Origin: Candidatus Omnitrophota bacterium
Lineage (GTDB): Bacteria > Ratteibacteria > UBA8468 > B48-G9 > DTJG01
Assembly (NCBI GenBank): GCA_023818965.1
Contig: JAMWCD010000008.1
Location: 47,086 to 111,085 of the forward strand
DNA: 64,000 bases
Reading direction: 5' to 3'
Shown: positions 47,735 through 57,980 of the stretch, one piece after another
How the letters are laid out: each line of letters begins with the position of its first letter
How positions within the stretch are numbered: position 1 is the stretch's first letter
Program-made: the position numbers and the translations under genes
The notes under the pieces: model-generated
Database searches by the model: none
Seen by the model: the letters and a program-made list of their open reading frames with translations, nothing else
What the model was told of the DNA's origin: nothing

Positions 47735-50113
47735 ATGGCACGAGCGGAAATTATTGAAATCTGTACAGGTGACGATGAAAAATTGCTTGAAATCAGTAAA
47801 AAGGGACTACTGTCTCTTACCCTTGATGAGATGAAAAGAATCCAGAAGTATTTTTTGAAAATTGGAAGGAATCCAACAGATCTTGAACTTGAAATGATTG
47901 CTCAGACATGGTCTGAACACTGCTTTCATAAACTGTTCAAAAGTAAAATTGAATTCACAGAAGTAAACGGTCAAACCGCAAAACCAGTGACTCACATAAT
48001 TCCTTCAATGTTTTCAATGATTCGACAGGTAACAGAAAACTTAAAGAAAAACTGGTGCGTTTCTGTTTTCAAGGACAATGCTGGAATTATCAATTTTGAT
48101 GATACTAATTGCGTGTGTTTCAAAGTAGAAACACATAATCATCCATCAGCCCTTGAGCCATACGGTGGAGCAGGAACAGGGATTGGTGGAGTGATTAGAG
48201 ATATTCTTGGTGCAGGACTTGGTGCAAAACCAATTCTTAATACTGATGTGTTTTGTTTTGGTCCACTTGATTTTCCGCATGAAAATCTTGATCCAGGTAT
48301 TTTTCATCCGAAACGATTGTTCAAGGGAGTTGTTTCTGGCGTAAGGGACTATGGAAACAGAATGGGAATACCCACTGCAAACGGAGCCATTCTTTTTGAC
48401 CCCGGGTACTTATACAATATCCTTGTTTATTGCGGCACTGTTGGAATTATGCCCCAATGGGCAGTTGAAAAAAAGGTTGAACCAGGACATCTTATTGTTG
48501 TCATTGGAGGAAAAACCGGAAGGGATGGAATTCATGGGGCAACATTTTCTTCTGCAAGTTTGGAAAAGGATATTCCTACCAGTGTTGTACAGATTGGAAA
48601 TCCAATCATAGAAAAGAAGGTCCTTGATGCACTGATGATTGCCAGAGACAGAAAACTGTATTCAGCAATTACTGATTGTGGAGCAGGTGGTCTTTCATCT
48701 GCTGTGGGAGAACTTGCTCAACACTGTGGAGCAGAAGTACATCTTGAAAATGTTCCATTAAAGTATCAGGATTTAAAACCATGGGAAATATGGGTTTCTG
48801 AATCACAGGAAAGAATGGTTCTTGCAGTACCATCTGAAAAATTTGATCAGCTAAAAAAAGTTCTTGAAGATGAAGATGTTGAGTATGCCTGCATTGGAAA
48901 ATTTACTTCAACAAAGAAAATAAAAATTTACCATCAAAATGATATTGTTGGTGAACTTGATTTAAGGTGGCTTTTTCAGAAAACAGAATTACCTGTTCAA
49001 AAAGCATATTATGAAGAAAGGAAAATGGCAGATATTATTCCTGAAAATATAAATGTTGAGGAAGTATTGTTACAATTACTAGCAGACCCTGTAATTGCCT
49101 CAAAGGAAATTGTTGTCAGACAGTATGACCACGAGGTTCAATCGCATACAATTGTTAAACCATTTTCAGGTATTGATGGTAAAGGACCATCTGATGCAGT
49201 TGTTATTGCTCCTGTGTATGGAAGTTATCGTGGTATTGTTGTTGCGTGTGGTATTAATCCATGGTATGGAAAGGTGGATCCGTATCTGATGGCAGGTTGT
49301 TGTATTGATGAAGCAATGAGAAATATTGTTGCATGTGGAGGAGACCCTGAAAAAACAGCAGTCCTTGATAATTTTTGCTGGGGCAAATGTGATGATCCTG
49401 TAGAGCTTGGAAAACTTGTTAAATGTGTTCAGGGATGTAGGGACTTTGCACTCGCCTATAAAGTACCGTTTATTTCTGGCAAGGATAGTTTGAACAATTT
49501 CTATACAAAAGAAGATGGTTCAATTGTATCAATTCCTGGAACTCTCCTTATATCAGCAATCAGTGTGATTGATGATGTAAGGGAAACCACAAGTTCCGAC
49601 TTAAAAGAGTCAGGCAATCACATTTATATCCTTGGAGAAACACGAAGGCATCTGGGTGGTTCACGGTTGCTTAATTTACTGAATTTTGAAGCAGGACAAT
49701 GTCCTGTACCTGAACCCGAACTGACTCTTAAAATAATGAAAAATTTACATCGTGCGATAAAGCAAGGGCTTGTGAAGTCATGTCATGATTGTTCTGAGGG
49801 TGGAATGGCTGTTGCAATTTCAGAAATGATGATAGGGAGTGGTTACGGAACTGAAATATATCTTGAAAATGTTGCTGAAAGAACAGATGAGCCAGTTGTT
49901 CTGTTATTCAGCGAAAGTCAGGGAAGATTTATTGTTGAGGTTGACCAGGCGCACATAGATAAATTTGAGAAAATTTTTAAAAACTTACCGTGCAGAAGAA
50001 TTGGTAGGGTGACACCTGATTTTCGGTTGAAAATTTTCTATAAAGGAAAAAATTTACTGGAAATTGACGGTGAATTAATGAAAAAGACATGGTGCGGAGT
50101 ACTCTCATGGTAA
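47735..50113 (+). CDS. purL: phosphoribosylformylglycinamidine synthase subunit PurL
   Basis: 'HNHPSALEPYGGAGTGIGGVIRDI', duplicated AIRS-like halves. Confidence 0.9.
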   Translation: MARAEIIEICTGDDEKLLEISKKGLLSLTLDEMKRIQKYFLKIGRNPTDLELEMIAQTWSEHCFHKLFKSKIEFTEVNGQTAKPVTHIIPSMFSMIRQVTENLKKNWCVSVFKDNAGIINFDDTNCVCFKVETHNHPSALEPYGGAGTGIGGVIRDILGAGLGAKPILNTDVFCFGPLDFPHENLDPGIFHPKRLFKGVVSGVRDYGNRMGIPTANGAILFDPGYLYNILVYCGTVGIMPQWAVEKKVEPGHLIVVIGGKTGRDGIHGATFSSASLEKDIPTSVVQIGNPIIEKKVLDALMIARDRKLYSAITDCGAGGLSSAVGELAQHCGAEVHLENVPLKYQDLKPWEIWVSESQERMVLAVPSEKFDQLKKVLEDEDVEYACIGKFTSTKKIKIYHQNDIVGELDLRWLFQKTELPVQKAYYEERKMADIIPENINVEEVLLQLLADPVIASKEIVVRQYDHEVQSHTIVKPFSGIDGKGPSDAVVIAPVYGSYRGIVVACGINPWYGKVDPYLMAGCCIDEAMRNIVACGGDPEKTAVLDNFCWGKCDDPVELGKLVKCVQGCRDFALAYKVPFISGKDSLNNFYTKEDGSIVSIPGTLLISAISVIDDVRETTSSDLKESGNHIYILGETRRHLGGSRLLNLLNFEAGQCPVPEPELTLKIMKNLHRAIKQGLVKSCHDCSEGGMAVAISEMMIGSGYGTEIYLENVAERTDEPVVLLFSESQGRFIVEVDQAHIDKFEKIFKNLPCRRIGRVTPDFRLKIFYKGKNLLEIDGELMKKTWCGVLSW

Positions 50114-50871
50114 AAGTTCTTATTCTCAGAACAGGTGGAACAAACTGTGATTTAGAGACAGAATGGGCATGTAAACTTGCAGGCGCAAAGCCATCAAGAA
50201 TTCATATTTCACGGATAACAGAGGGAAAGGTAAAATTACTTGATTTTGATGTTCTCATAATTCCAGGTGGATTTTCCTATGGAGATGACCTTGGTGCAGG
50301 TAAGGTTTTAGCCAATGAATTGATATTGAAGGCAAAGGATGAAATCACTCTTTTCAGGGAAAAGAAAAGGCCAATTATTGGTATATGCAATGGTTTTCAG
50401 GTTCTTGTGAAGGCAGGACTGCTTCCATTCAAAGATCAGTATGTTGCAAGTTTAGTATGGAATGATTCGGGAAGATTTGAAGATCGATGGGTATATCTCA
50501 GGGTTGAGCAATCAATTTCTCCATTTTTCAAAAATCTTCCTGAAATCATCAGATTTCCTGTGGCTCACGCTGAAGGAAAGTTTGTGGTGAAAAATGATAG
50601 GGTACTTAAAAAAATTGAGAACAATAGCCAAATTGTTTTAAGATATGTAAATGCAGCAGGTGAAATTGCCGATTATCCTTATAATCCCAATGGTTCAATC
50701 GCAGGAATTGCTGGTATTTGTGATGAAAAGGGGCTAATTGTTGGAATGATGCCACATCCTGAGAGAGCACTATTGAAAATTCATGAACCTGACTGGCATA
50801 GAAATGAAACTGATGATGTTTTCTCTTTTGGGTATCAATTTTTCAAAAATGTGATAGAATATTGTTCTTGA
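50107..50871 (+). CDS. purQ: phosphoribosylformylglycinamidine synthase glutamine amidotransferase subunit PurQ
   Basis: 'IIPGGFSYGDDLGAG', 'GICNGFQVLVKAGLLP', 'MMPHPER'. ATG 50107 overlaps the purL stop (ATGGTAA). Confidence 0.9.
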   Translation: MVKVLILRTGGTNCDLETEWACKLAGAKPSRIHISRITEGKVKLLDFDVLIIPGGFSYGDDLGAGKVLANELILKAKDEITLFREKKRPIIGICNGFQVLVKAGLLPFKDQYVASLVWNDSGRFEDRWVYLRVEQSISPFFKNLPEIIRFPVAHAEGKFVVKNDRVLKKIENNSQIVLRYVNAAGEIADYPYNPNGSIAGIAGICDEKGLIVGMMPHPERALLKIHEPDWHRNETDDVFSFGYQFFKNVIEYCS

Positions 50872-50896
50872 AGTTTTCAAAAAAGGAGCTGATAAG

Positions 50897-51784
50897 GTGA
50901 ACAGTAATTTTTTTCAAAAGGCAGAAGTTCTTGTTGAGGCGCTTCCATACATTCAGCAATATAAGGGCAGGGTGTTTGTTGTGAAAATTGGCGGAGCCAT
51001 ACTCAGGTTACCAGAATCAAAGAAAAATATTCTTCACGATATTGCGTTTCTCAATGCAGTAGGAATAAAAACCATTGTTGTATGCGGTGCTGGTCCAACG
51101 ATTACAGAGGAAATAGAAAAAAGAGGGAAAAAGGTAAAGTTTATTGAAGGTTTAAGGGTTACTGACGCTGACGTTTTAGAAATTGTTGTGGAACTTCTTG
51201 GAGCAAACAGGGATGAGATTGTTAAAACATTGAGAGATGAGTTTAATACTGAAGCACTTGCCATAAAAGAGGACCAGGGACATTTGATTGCAAGAAAAAT
51301 TCACTGGCAGAAAGGGGATGAAATTATTGACCTTGGATTTGTCGGGCAGGTAGAAAAAGTTAATACAGATGTGATAAATTCATTTCTTGAAAAAGGTGTT
51401 GTTGTTTTTTCTCCCATAGGAATATCTGAAGATGGACAAAAATATAATATTAACGGTGATTCAGTTTCTTCTGCTGTTGCCCGCGCAATGGGAGCAGAAA
51501 AACTTATTTTCATTACAAGTGTCAGGGGAGTTATGAGGAACATTGATAATCCTGATACCCTGTTATCAATTATTACTGCATCTCAGGCAGAAAACCTTAT
51601 TAAGGAAGGGGTTATTCAGGGTGGTATGATTCCAAAGGTTCGTGGAGCAATTGCAAGTTTGAAGGGTGGAGTAAAAAAGGTTCATATTATCAGTGGAAAC
51701 ATTCCGCATTCCCTTATTCTTGAAGTTTTCACTGAACAGGGTGCTGGAACAGAAATCATTTTGAGCGAGGAAAAAAATGGATGA
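50897..51784 (+). CDS. argB: acetylglutamate kinase
   Basis: 'EALPYIQQYKGRVFVVKIGGA', 'NINGD', 'GGMIPKV'. Confidence 0.9.
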   Translation: MNSNFFQKAEVLVEALPYIQQYKGRVFVVKIGGAILRLPESKKNILHDIAFLNAVGIKTIVVCGAGPTITEEIEKRGKKVKFIEGLRVTDADVLEIVVELLGANRDEIVKTLRDEFNTEALAIKEDQGHLIARKIHWQKGDEIIDLGFVGQVEKVNTDVINSFLEKGVVVFSPIGISEDGQKYNINGDSVSSAVARAMGAEKLIFITSVRGVMRNIDNPDTLLSIITASQAENLIKEGVIQGGMIPKVRGAIASLKGGVKKVHIISGNIPHSLILEVFTEQGAGTEIILSEEKNG

Positions 51785-52967
51785 AGCAACAATCAAACAG
51801 TATTACCGTGATTATGTAATTGGTTGCTATAGTAAAGAAGATTTTGTTTTTGTTAGAGGTAGAGGACCATGGTTGTGGGATATTAATGGGAAAAAATATC
51901 TTGATTTTTTTCCTGGGTGGGCAGTAAGCGGGCTCGGGCATTGTCCGGATGATGTTGTAAAAGCCATTATCAGGCAGGTAAAGACATTGATGCATGTCGC
52001 AAATAATTATTACATTGATGTTCAGGCAGTATGTGCGAAAAAATTGATAGAGATCTCATTTGATGGAAAAGTTTTTTTCTGCAATAGTGGTGCTGAAGCA
52101 AATGAAGCAGCGATTAAACTGTGTCGATTATATGGTTCAAAAACAGGTAGATATAAAATTATTTCAATGAAAAATTCATTTCATGGCAGGACATTAGCAA
52201 CAGTGACAATGACAGGGCAGGAAAAATATTCAGCACCATTTGTTCCACTGCCTGATGGGTTTGCTTATGCAGAATTTAACAGTATTGATTCCCTGAAATC
52301 ATGTGTAGATGAAAAGACGGTTGCAGTAATAATTGAGCCGGTTCAGGGTGAAGGCGGGATTAATGTCGCAGATAGAGAATATCTTGTTGCTCTGAGGAAG
52401 TTTTGCGATGAAAATGATTTGTTGCTTGTGTTTGACGAGGTTCAGACAGGAATGGGCAGAACAGGACACTGGTTTGCATTTCAACACTATGGTGTTACAC
52501 CTGACATTATGACGCTTGCGAAAACACTTGGTGGAGGATTCCCCATAGGTGCAATGGTGGCGAAAAGGAGCATTGCGGATTTGATGGTTCCTGGTACGCA
52601 CGCATCAACCTTTGGTGGTAATCCTCTTGCATGCAGTGCAGCACTTGCTGTGATGAATACAATAGAGAAACAGAATCTTCTTGAAAATGTAAATACTCTT
52701 TCTCAGTGGTTTATTCCTGAATTAAGAAAATTGCAAAAAAAATTTTCTGTGATCAAAGAAATCAGGGGTATTGGATTTATGTTAGGGATGGAATTGAATG
52801 TCAGCGGCAAGAGTTTTGTTGAAAGATGCAGAAAAAATGGACTCCTTCTTAATTGTACCCATGATACAGTTGTCAGGATCATGCCTCCGCTTGGCATAAA
52901 GAAATCATTATTGAAGAAAGGGCTTAAAATTATTTCCACTTCATTAAAAGAGGAATTTGCATCATAA
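51777..52967 (+). CDS. argD: acetylornithine aminotransferase (class III PLP aminotransferase)
   Basis: 'GWAVSGLGHCP', 'LLVFDEVQTGMGRTG', 'MTLAKTLGGGFPIGA'. Confidence 0.9.
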   Translation: MDEATIKQYYRDYVIGCYSKEDFVFVRGRGPWLWDINGKKYLDFFPGWAVSGLGHCPDDVVKAIIRQVKTLMHVANNYYIDVQAVCAKKLIEISFDGKVFFCNSGAEANEAAIKLCRLYGSKTGRYKIISMKNSFHGRTLATVTMTGQEKYSAPFVPLPDGFAYAEFNSIDSLKSCVDEKTVAVIIEPVQGEGGINVADREYLVALRKFCDENDLLLVFDEVQTGMGRTGHWFAFQHYGVTPDIMTLAKTLGGGFPIGAMVAKRSIADLMVPGTHASTFGGNPLACSAALAVMNTIEKQNLLENVNTLSQWFIPELRKLQKKFSVIKEIRGIGFMLGMELNVSGKSFVERCRKNGLLLNCTHDTVVRIMPPLGIKKSLLKKGLKIISTSLKEEFAS

Positions 52968-53884
52968 TGAAACAAAAACGAGACCTTCTTGATATCAGGG
53001 ATTTAAATGAAACAGAAATTTACAGGATTTTTGAAAAGGCAAAATTATTTAAGTATGAGAGAAAAAAAGGAATTATCCATCAGGATGTATTAAACAAAAA
53101 ATGCATAGGACTTTTATTCAGAAAGCCGTCAAGTAGAACAAGGGTTTCTTTTGAGGTTGCCATTATTGAACTTGGTGGGAGTCCGGTTTTTCTTGATGCT
53201 TCAAAATTGCAAATTTCAAGAGGAGAAACAATCCAGGATACAGCAAAAACACTTAATCTTTATCTGGGTGGGCTTGTGATACGAACCTATGAACAATCAG
53301 AAGTTGAGACATTTGCTCAGTATATTGATTCTCCTGTTATTAATGCTCTCACTGATTTTTCTCATCCCTGCCAGATTCTTGCTGATTTTTTTACAATATG
53401 GGAAAAGAAAAAAAATCTTAAAGATGTTGTGATTACTTACATTGGAGATGCAAATAATGTTTGTAATACCTTAATTTTTGGTGCAGACATTCTTGGTGTA
53501 AGAATAAATGTTTCCTGCCCTGCGAAGTACACTGTGAGTAAAAAAATTATTGAATCAATGAAAAACCCATCACTACTGAAAATCAGTGAAGACCCATATG
53601 CCTTTATCTCTGAATCAGATGTGATTTACACAGATACCTGGGTGAGTATGGGAGATGAATCAGAAAAGCAGGTAAGAGAAGAAATTTTTAGACCATATCA
53701 GGTTAATGAGAAACTGGTGAAAAATGCTCCGCCTGATTTCTTATTTATGCATTGTCTTCCAGCACACAGGGGTCAGGAAGTAACAGATGAGATTATTGAT
53801 GGCAAAAATTCAGTCGTCTGGCAGCAGGCAGAAAATCGTCTCCACGTGCAAAAAGCAATTTTGTATCTTCTTTACAATAGTTGA
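52967..53884 (+). CDS. argF: ornithine carbamoyltransferase
   Basis: 'PSSRTRVSFEVA', 'HPCQILAD', 'HCLPAHRGQEV'. Confidence 0.9.
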   Translation: MKQKRDLLDIRDLNETEIYRIFEKAKLFKYERKKGIIHQDVLNKKCIGLLFRKPSSRTRVSFEVAIIELGGSPVFLDASKLQISRGETIQDTAKTLNLYLGGLVIRTYEQSEVETFAQYIDSPVINALTDFSHPCQILADFFTIWEKKKNLKDVVITYIGDANNVCNTLIFGADILGVRINVSCPAKYTVSKKIIESMKNPSLLKISEDPYAFISESDVIYTDTWVSMGDESEKQVREEIFRPYQVNEKLVKNAPPDFLFMHCLPAHRGQEVTDEIIDGKNSVVWQQAENRLHVQKAILYLLYNS

Positions 53885-54400
53885 GAAACTTCATCATAAA
53901 AATTTCATTTCTTTCAATTTTTCCCCTTTTCCAAATCCTCTTTCCACCTCACCCCTTTTTCAAATCCTCTTTTGACCTTCCCCCTTTTCCCAAATCCTCT
54001 TTTCATTCTCCCCCTTTTCCAAAGGGGGACTAAGGGGGATTTAAATCCACCCCCACCCTCCTTTAAAAAAGGAGGGAGACGAACGTAATTTCCCCCTTTT
54101 CCAAAGGGGGACACAGGGGGATTTTAAAGTACTTTCTCCCTTTCTCAAAGGGAGATGCAAGGGGGATTGAAATCTCCCCCAGCCCCCTCTTTGGAAAAGA
54201 GGGGGAACTTGGGCAGGAAAAATCCACCCCCGCCCTCCAAATCCCCCTTCCATTCCCCCTTTTGTAAAGGGGGACCAAAGGGGGATTGAAAAGGAGGGAG
54301 ACCATGTGGGACAGAGGGGATTGTGGGATTGAGGGGTATTTTAAGTAAGTTTCTCCCTTTTATAAATGGAGATGCAAGGGGAGGTTATAATATTTCTCCC
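53885..54400. repeat. palindromic repeat array (F1 x4, F3 x2, F2 x2)
   Basis: 'ctcccccttttccaaagggggactaagggggatttaaatccacccccaccctcctttaaaaaaggagggag...'. Confidence 0.85.
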
Positions 54401-54455
54401 CCATAATCGGTGAACTCGGATGTGAAAAAAAATTTTAAGTTATAATATAATCAAG

Positions 54456-55520
54456 ATGAAACGTAAAAAAGTGGATTACAGTAACCATATCACGGGAACA
54501 GCAATGATTGAAAAAATACGGCAAGAAATTGAAAAGAAGAAAATTGACATTGTGGTTGTTTCTAAATCTTCAGATATTTTTTATCTTACGGGTTTATACA
54601 ATTGCGAAGGTTATCTATGTGTAGGCAGAAATCAGGTTAAACTGTTTACAGGTGGAATTTATTATCAGTATGCAGTTGACAAACTAAATTTGTCCGAAGT
54701 TTCAGTAGAAAAAATTGATGGACAAAATTTTTATAAATTCCTGCATGATTTCAAAAGACCTGCATTGTTTTCTTCTGAGTTTTCAATTGATAGATGGGAA
54801 AATCTATGTAAAAAGTCAGGAAAAAAGATAAAACGTATTGAAAATTTCATAAGCCATTTCAGATCCACAAAAACAAATGATGAAATTTTGAAAATAAAGA
54901 AGGCAGAAAAAATCGCAAAATCAATACTTGAGAAGACAAAAAATTTAATAAAGCCGGGTATTTCAGAAATAGACATTGCTGGTGAAATCTGTTATCAATT
55001 GAGAAGAAATGGTTGTATGGAAGCATTTCCAACAATTGTGGCTTCTGGAATAAATTCTGTTTATCCTCATCATTTGCCCGCGAAAAGAAAATTTAAACAT
55101 AATGATGTTATCGTTATTGATATGGGTGCGCGTTTTGATGGTTATTGCAGTGATATCACGCAGACAATTTTTATTGGTAAACCCGATGATGAGATGAAAA
55201 AAATTTTTGGAATTCTCTGTGATATTCATAAGTGTGTTAACGATCTAATCCTTAATGGCGAAAAATTATGTGAGAGAATTCATTGTACTGCAGTAAATAT
55301 TTTGAAGAAATTTAAACTTGAGCAATTTTTCACGCATGGTCTTGGTCACGGTGTTGGAATTGATGTACACGAACTTCCACGACTGGGACCAGAAAGCAAA
55401 GACAGATTGGAAAACAATATGGTTTTTACAATAGAGCCAGGCATTTATATTCCAGGAAAATTTGGAATGCGCCTTGAAAATATGTATTATTATAGTGCTA
55501 CCATGGGACTTGACAGATAA
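54456..55520 (+). CDS. pepP: M24 family Xaa-Pro aminopeptidase
   Basis: 'VIVIDMGARFDGYCSDITQT', 'FTHGLGHGVGIDVHE', 'MVFTIEPGIYIPGKFGMRLE'. Confidence 0.85.
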   Translation: MKRKKVDYSNHITGTAMIEKIRQEIEKKKIDIVVVSKSSDIFYLTGLYNCEGYLCVGRNQVKLFTGGIYYQYAVDKLNLSEVSVEKIDGQNFYKFLHDFKRPALFSSEFSIDRWENLCKKSGKKIKRIENFISHFRSTKTNDEILKIKKAEKIAKSILEKTKNLIKPGISEIDIAGEICYQLRRNGCMEAFPTIVASGINSVYPHHLPAKRKFKHNDVIVIDMGARFDGYCSDITQTIFIGKPDDEMKKIFGILCDIHKCVNDLILNGEKLCERIHCTAVNILKKFKLEQFFTHGLGHGVGIDVHELPRLGPESKDRLENNMVFTIEPGIYIPGKFGMRLENMYYYSATMGLDR

Positions 55521-55546
55521 AAAATAACGTTCAAAATATTTTGGAC

Positions 55547-55632
55547 TTGACAAAAAAAAATTAGTAGTTAAAATATAGTCGTCTTTGAGTTAAATGACGC
55601 TAACTTGACAAAATAAAAATGGTGTGTAAGAT
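55547..55632 (+). promoter_or_regulatory. tandem sigma70-type promoters (TTGACAAAA...TAAAAT and TTGACAAAA...TAAGAT) upstream of skp
   Basis: 'cTTGACAaaaaaaaattagtagtTAAAATa' and 'cTTGACAaaataaaaatggtgtgTAAGATa'. These share the TTGACAAAA context with the 17708/17767 pair. Confidence 0.4.
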
Positions 55633-55662
55633 AAATCTTGTCAAACCTAACGAAAGGAGAAT

Positions 55663-56187
55663 ATGCAGGTAAAAAAAGCATGTCTGATAGCCCTCTCAGC
55701 AGTAGCAATCCTCACAATAGCAACAACCCAAAAGGCATTCGCTCAAAAATCCCTCAAAGTGGGTGTTGTTGATGTAGAAAAAATTTATAGTTCATATGAG
55801 AAGGTGAAACAAAGTTCAAGTGATCTACAGGCAGAGAAAAAACCAAAACAAGAGCAGTACGACAAAATGGTCGCTGAAATAAAAAAGATGGAAGATGAAT
55901 ACAAGGAAAAAGCATCAAAGATGACTGCAAGTGAAAGAAAGGCATTTGAAGGCAAAATCAAGGCAAAAAAATTAGAGGCACAATCATTCCTTGAACAGAC
56001 AAATACAGAACTTCTTGAAAAAAACAGGGCAATTACACAACAACGGCTGAAAGAAATCAGTGATGCAATACAGGCATATGCAAAGGAAAATAATTTTGAC
56101 ATTATTTTAGATAAAAAGAATTTACCCTATTTTACAAGCACCATTGACATCACTGATGCGATCATTGCTAAATTAAATAAAAAATAG
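55663..56187 (+). CDS. skp: periplasmic chaperone Skp/OmpH
   Basis: Signal peptide. Highly charged coiled coil ('KVGVVDVEKIY...KKMEDEYKEKASKMTASERKAFEGKIKAKKLEAQSF'). Located upstream of an Omp85-superfamily gene. Confidence 0.8.
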   Translation: MQVKKACLIALSAVAILTIATTQKAFAQKSLKVGVVDVEKIYSSYEKVKQSSSDLQAEKKPKQEQYDKMVAEIKKMEDEYKEKASKMTASERKAFEGKIKAKKLEAQSFLEQTNTELLEKNRAITQQRLKEISDAIQAYAKENNFDIILDKKNLPYFTSTIDITDAIIAKLNKK

Positions 56188-56217
56188 TTCCCATTTAAAA
56201 ACAAAATAGGAGGAACC

Positions 56218-57906
56218 ATGGGAAACGACGGGGCTAAAACGATTGCGTGCCTGTCAATTTTTTTATTCCTTACACTTGTATGTCTCGCCCAGCCAAATGT
56301 TCCAGACAAAGCAAAAGCAGGAGCAGTAGAATCATCGGTTGAGAAAACAACACCGAAAACAATAGTAAAACCTCCAATACCTGAGATTGAAGTTCCTCCA
56401 CGACCTGAGATGGAAGTGAAAGATACCTCCCTTAAAATTAAGGTCAGCAAATTCAAAATCACAGGAAACACAAAAATATCCACATATCAGCTGAGTAAGA
56501 TTGTCAGACCCTATGAAGGCAGAGAAATGACGCTTGTTGATATAAAAAAGGTTGCTGACCTCATAACAAATGAATACAGGAACAAAGGTTATTTTCTTGC
56601 AAGGGCATATATCCCTGCTCAGCAGGTTCAAAATGGTGTTGTAGAAATTGCAATTCTTGAAGGCAAAGTTGATAAAATCATTATCAGTGGCAACAAGTAT
56701 TATACAAAGAAATTTATCAGGTCCCAGATGCAGCCAGTGATATCAGAACAGGTTATAAATAATAATGACCTTCAGAAATCACTGTTGAATCTCAATGAAA
56801 ATCCAAAATTACAGGTAAATGCTGTTTTGTCGCCTGGCTCAAAACTCGGGACTGCTGATATAAATCTGAATGTTAAAGATAGTGCACCATATAATTTAGT
56901 TGTTTATTATAATAATTTCGGCAGTGAATTTACTGGCAGGGGAAGATTGGGAGTAACGCTTGACATTGGAAATCTTACAAGGCATGGTGATATTCTTACC
57001 CTTGGTCTTGTAATGCCTCATCCTGACTGGGATGCAAAGTTTTATAGAAAAATTGGATATTCAATACCGATCACTGGCTATGGCACTAAACTTGCTTTAA
57101 ATTTCGGTGATATGGAATATGAAGTCGGGAAAGACCTTGCTGCAGCAGGTATTACTGGAAAAAGCAGAGTTTTTGACCTTTCTGTGACACATCCACTGAT
57201 AAAAACAGTTGACAGAAAATTGAATATTGGAACATCTCTTTCAATCAAAAACTACGAGAATTACATTCTTGGACAGTTATCAGCAAAGGATAGTTTGAGC
57301 ATGCTTGGGTTCGGTGTTTCAGGGGAAAGAATAAGGACTAATTGTCATGATATAGTTGCAGCCAATGCCTATTTTGGTCTTGGTTCTATGTTCGGTGGTA
57401 TGGGTGAGCATCCAAAAATGCCAAGTAAGCCAGGAGCCGACAATACATTTTTGAAATTAACGATCGATGCAGCCCACACAATGAGAATTAAAAATTGTTC
57501 ACTGATTTTGAGGGGGTCAGGACAGTGGGCAAATCAAACACTGGCTGTTGGAGAGAAATTTGCAATTGGTGGACCTGACTCAGTAAGAGGTTATCCTCAG
57601 AGTGAATATCTTGGTGATAAAGGTTATGCAATAAGCGCGGAATTGCGCACGCCATTCTGGCCTGGTGAAAATATATTGAATAAATACGCACAATGGGCAT
57701 TTTTCTTTGATTATGCAGGCGTTGAACTTGAAAATCCGCTTGTTGGGGAAAAGTCATCAACAACCCTTTCTGGTTATGGAGCAGGCATTAGAGTATTTTA
57801 TAAAAATTTTGATTTGAGATTTGACGCGGGCTTTCCTATAAAGGGTAAACAACCGTCAGATGGTGGAGATGTTCATTATTACATTCAGGGAACTTTAAGG
57901 TTTTAA
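56218..57906 (+). CDS. tpsB: two-partner secretion outer-membrane transporter TpsB (ShlB/FhaC/HecB family, POTRA plus 16-strand barrel)
   Basis: POTRA_2-like 'IKVSKFKITGNTKISTYQLSKIVRPYEGREMTLVDIKKVADLITNEYRNKGYFLARAYIPAQQVQNGVVEIAILEGKVDKIIISGN'. C-terminal barrel ending '...YIQGTLRF' with an aromatic terminus. Confidence 0.85.
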   Translation: MGNDGAKTIACLSIFLFLTLVCLAQPNVPDKAKAGAVESSVEKTTPKTIVKPPIPEIEVPPRPEMEVKDTSLKIKVSKFKITGNTKISTYQLSKIVRPYEGREMTLVDIKKVADLITNEYRNKGYFLARAYIPAQQVQNGVVEIAILEGKVDKIIISGNKYYTKKFIRSQMQPVISEQVINNNDLQKSLLNLNENPKLQVNAVLSPGSKLGTADINLNVKDSAPYNLVVYYNNFGSEFTGRGRLGVTLDIGNLTRHGDILTLGLVMPHPDWDAKFYRKIGYSIPITGYGTKLALNFGDMEYEVGKDLAAAGITGKSRVFDLSVTHPLIKTVDRKLNIGTSLSIKNYENYILGQLSAKDSLSMLGFGVSGERIRTNCHDIVAANAYFGLGSMFGGMGEHPKMPSKPGADNTFLKLTIDAAHTMRIKNCSLILRGSGQWANQTLAVGEKFAIGGPDSVRGYPQSEYLGDKGYAISAELRTPFWPGENILNKYAQWAFFFDYAGVELENPLVGEKSSTTLSGYGAGIRVFYKNFDLRFDAGFPIKGKQPSDGGDVHYYIQGTLRF

Positions 57907-57980
57907 TAAACAATGTATACAATGTTTACAATGAAAACAAAAAATTTTGAACCAGTTAACAAAAAAACAGGAGGAAGGAC

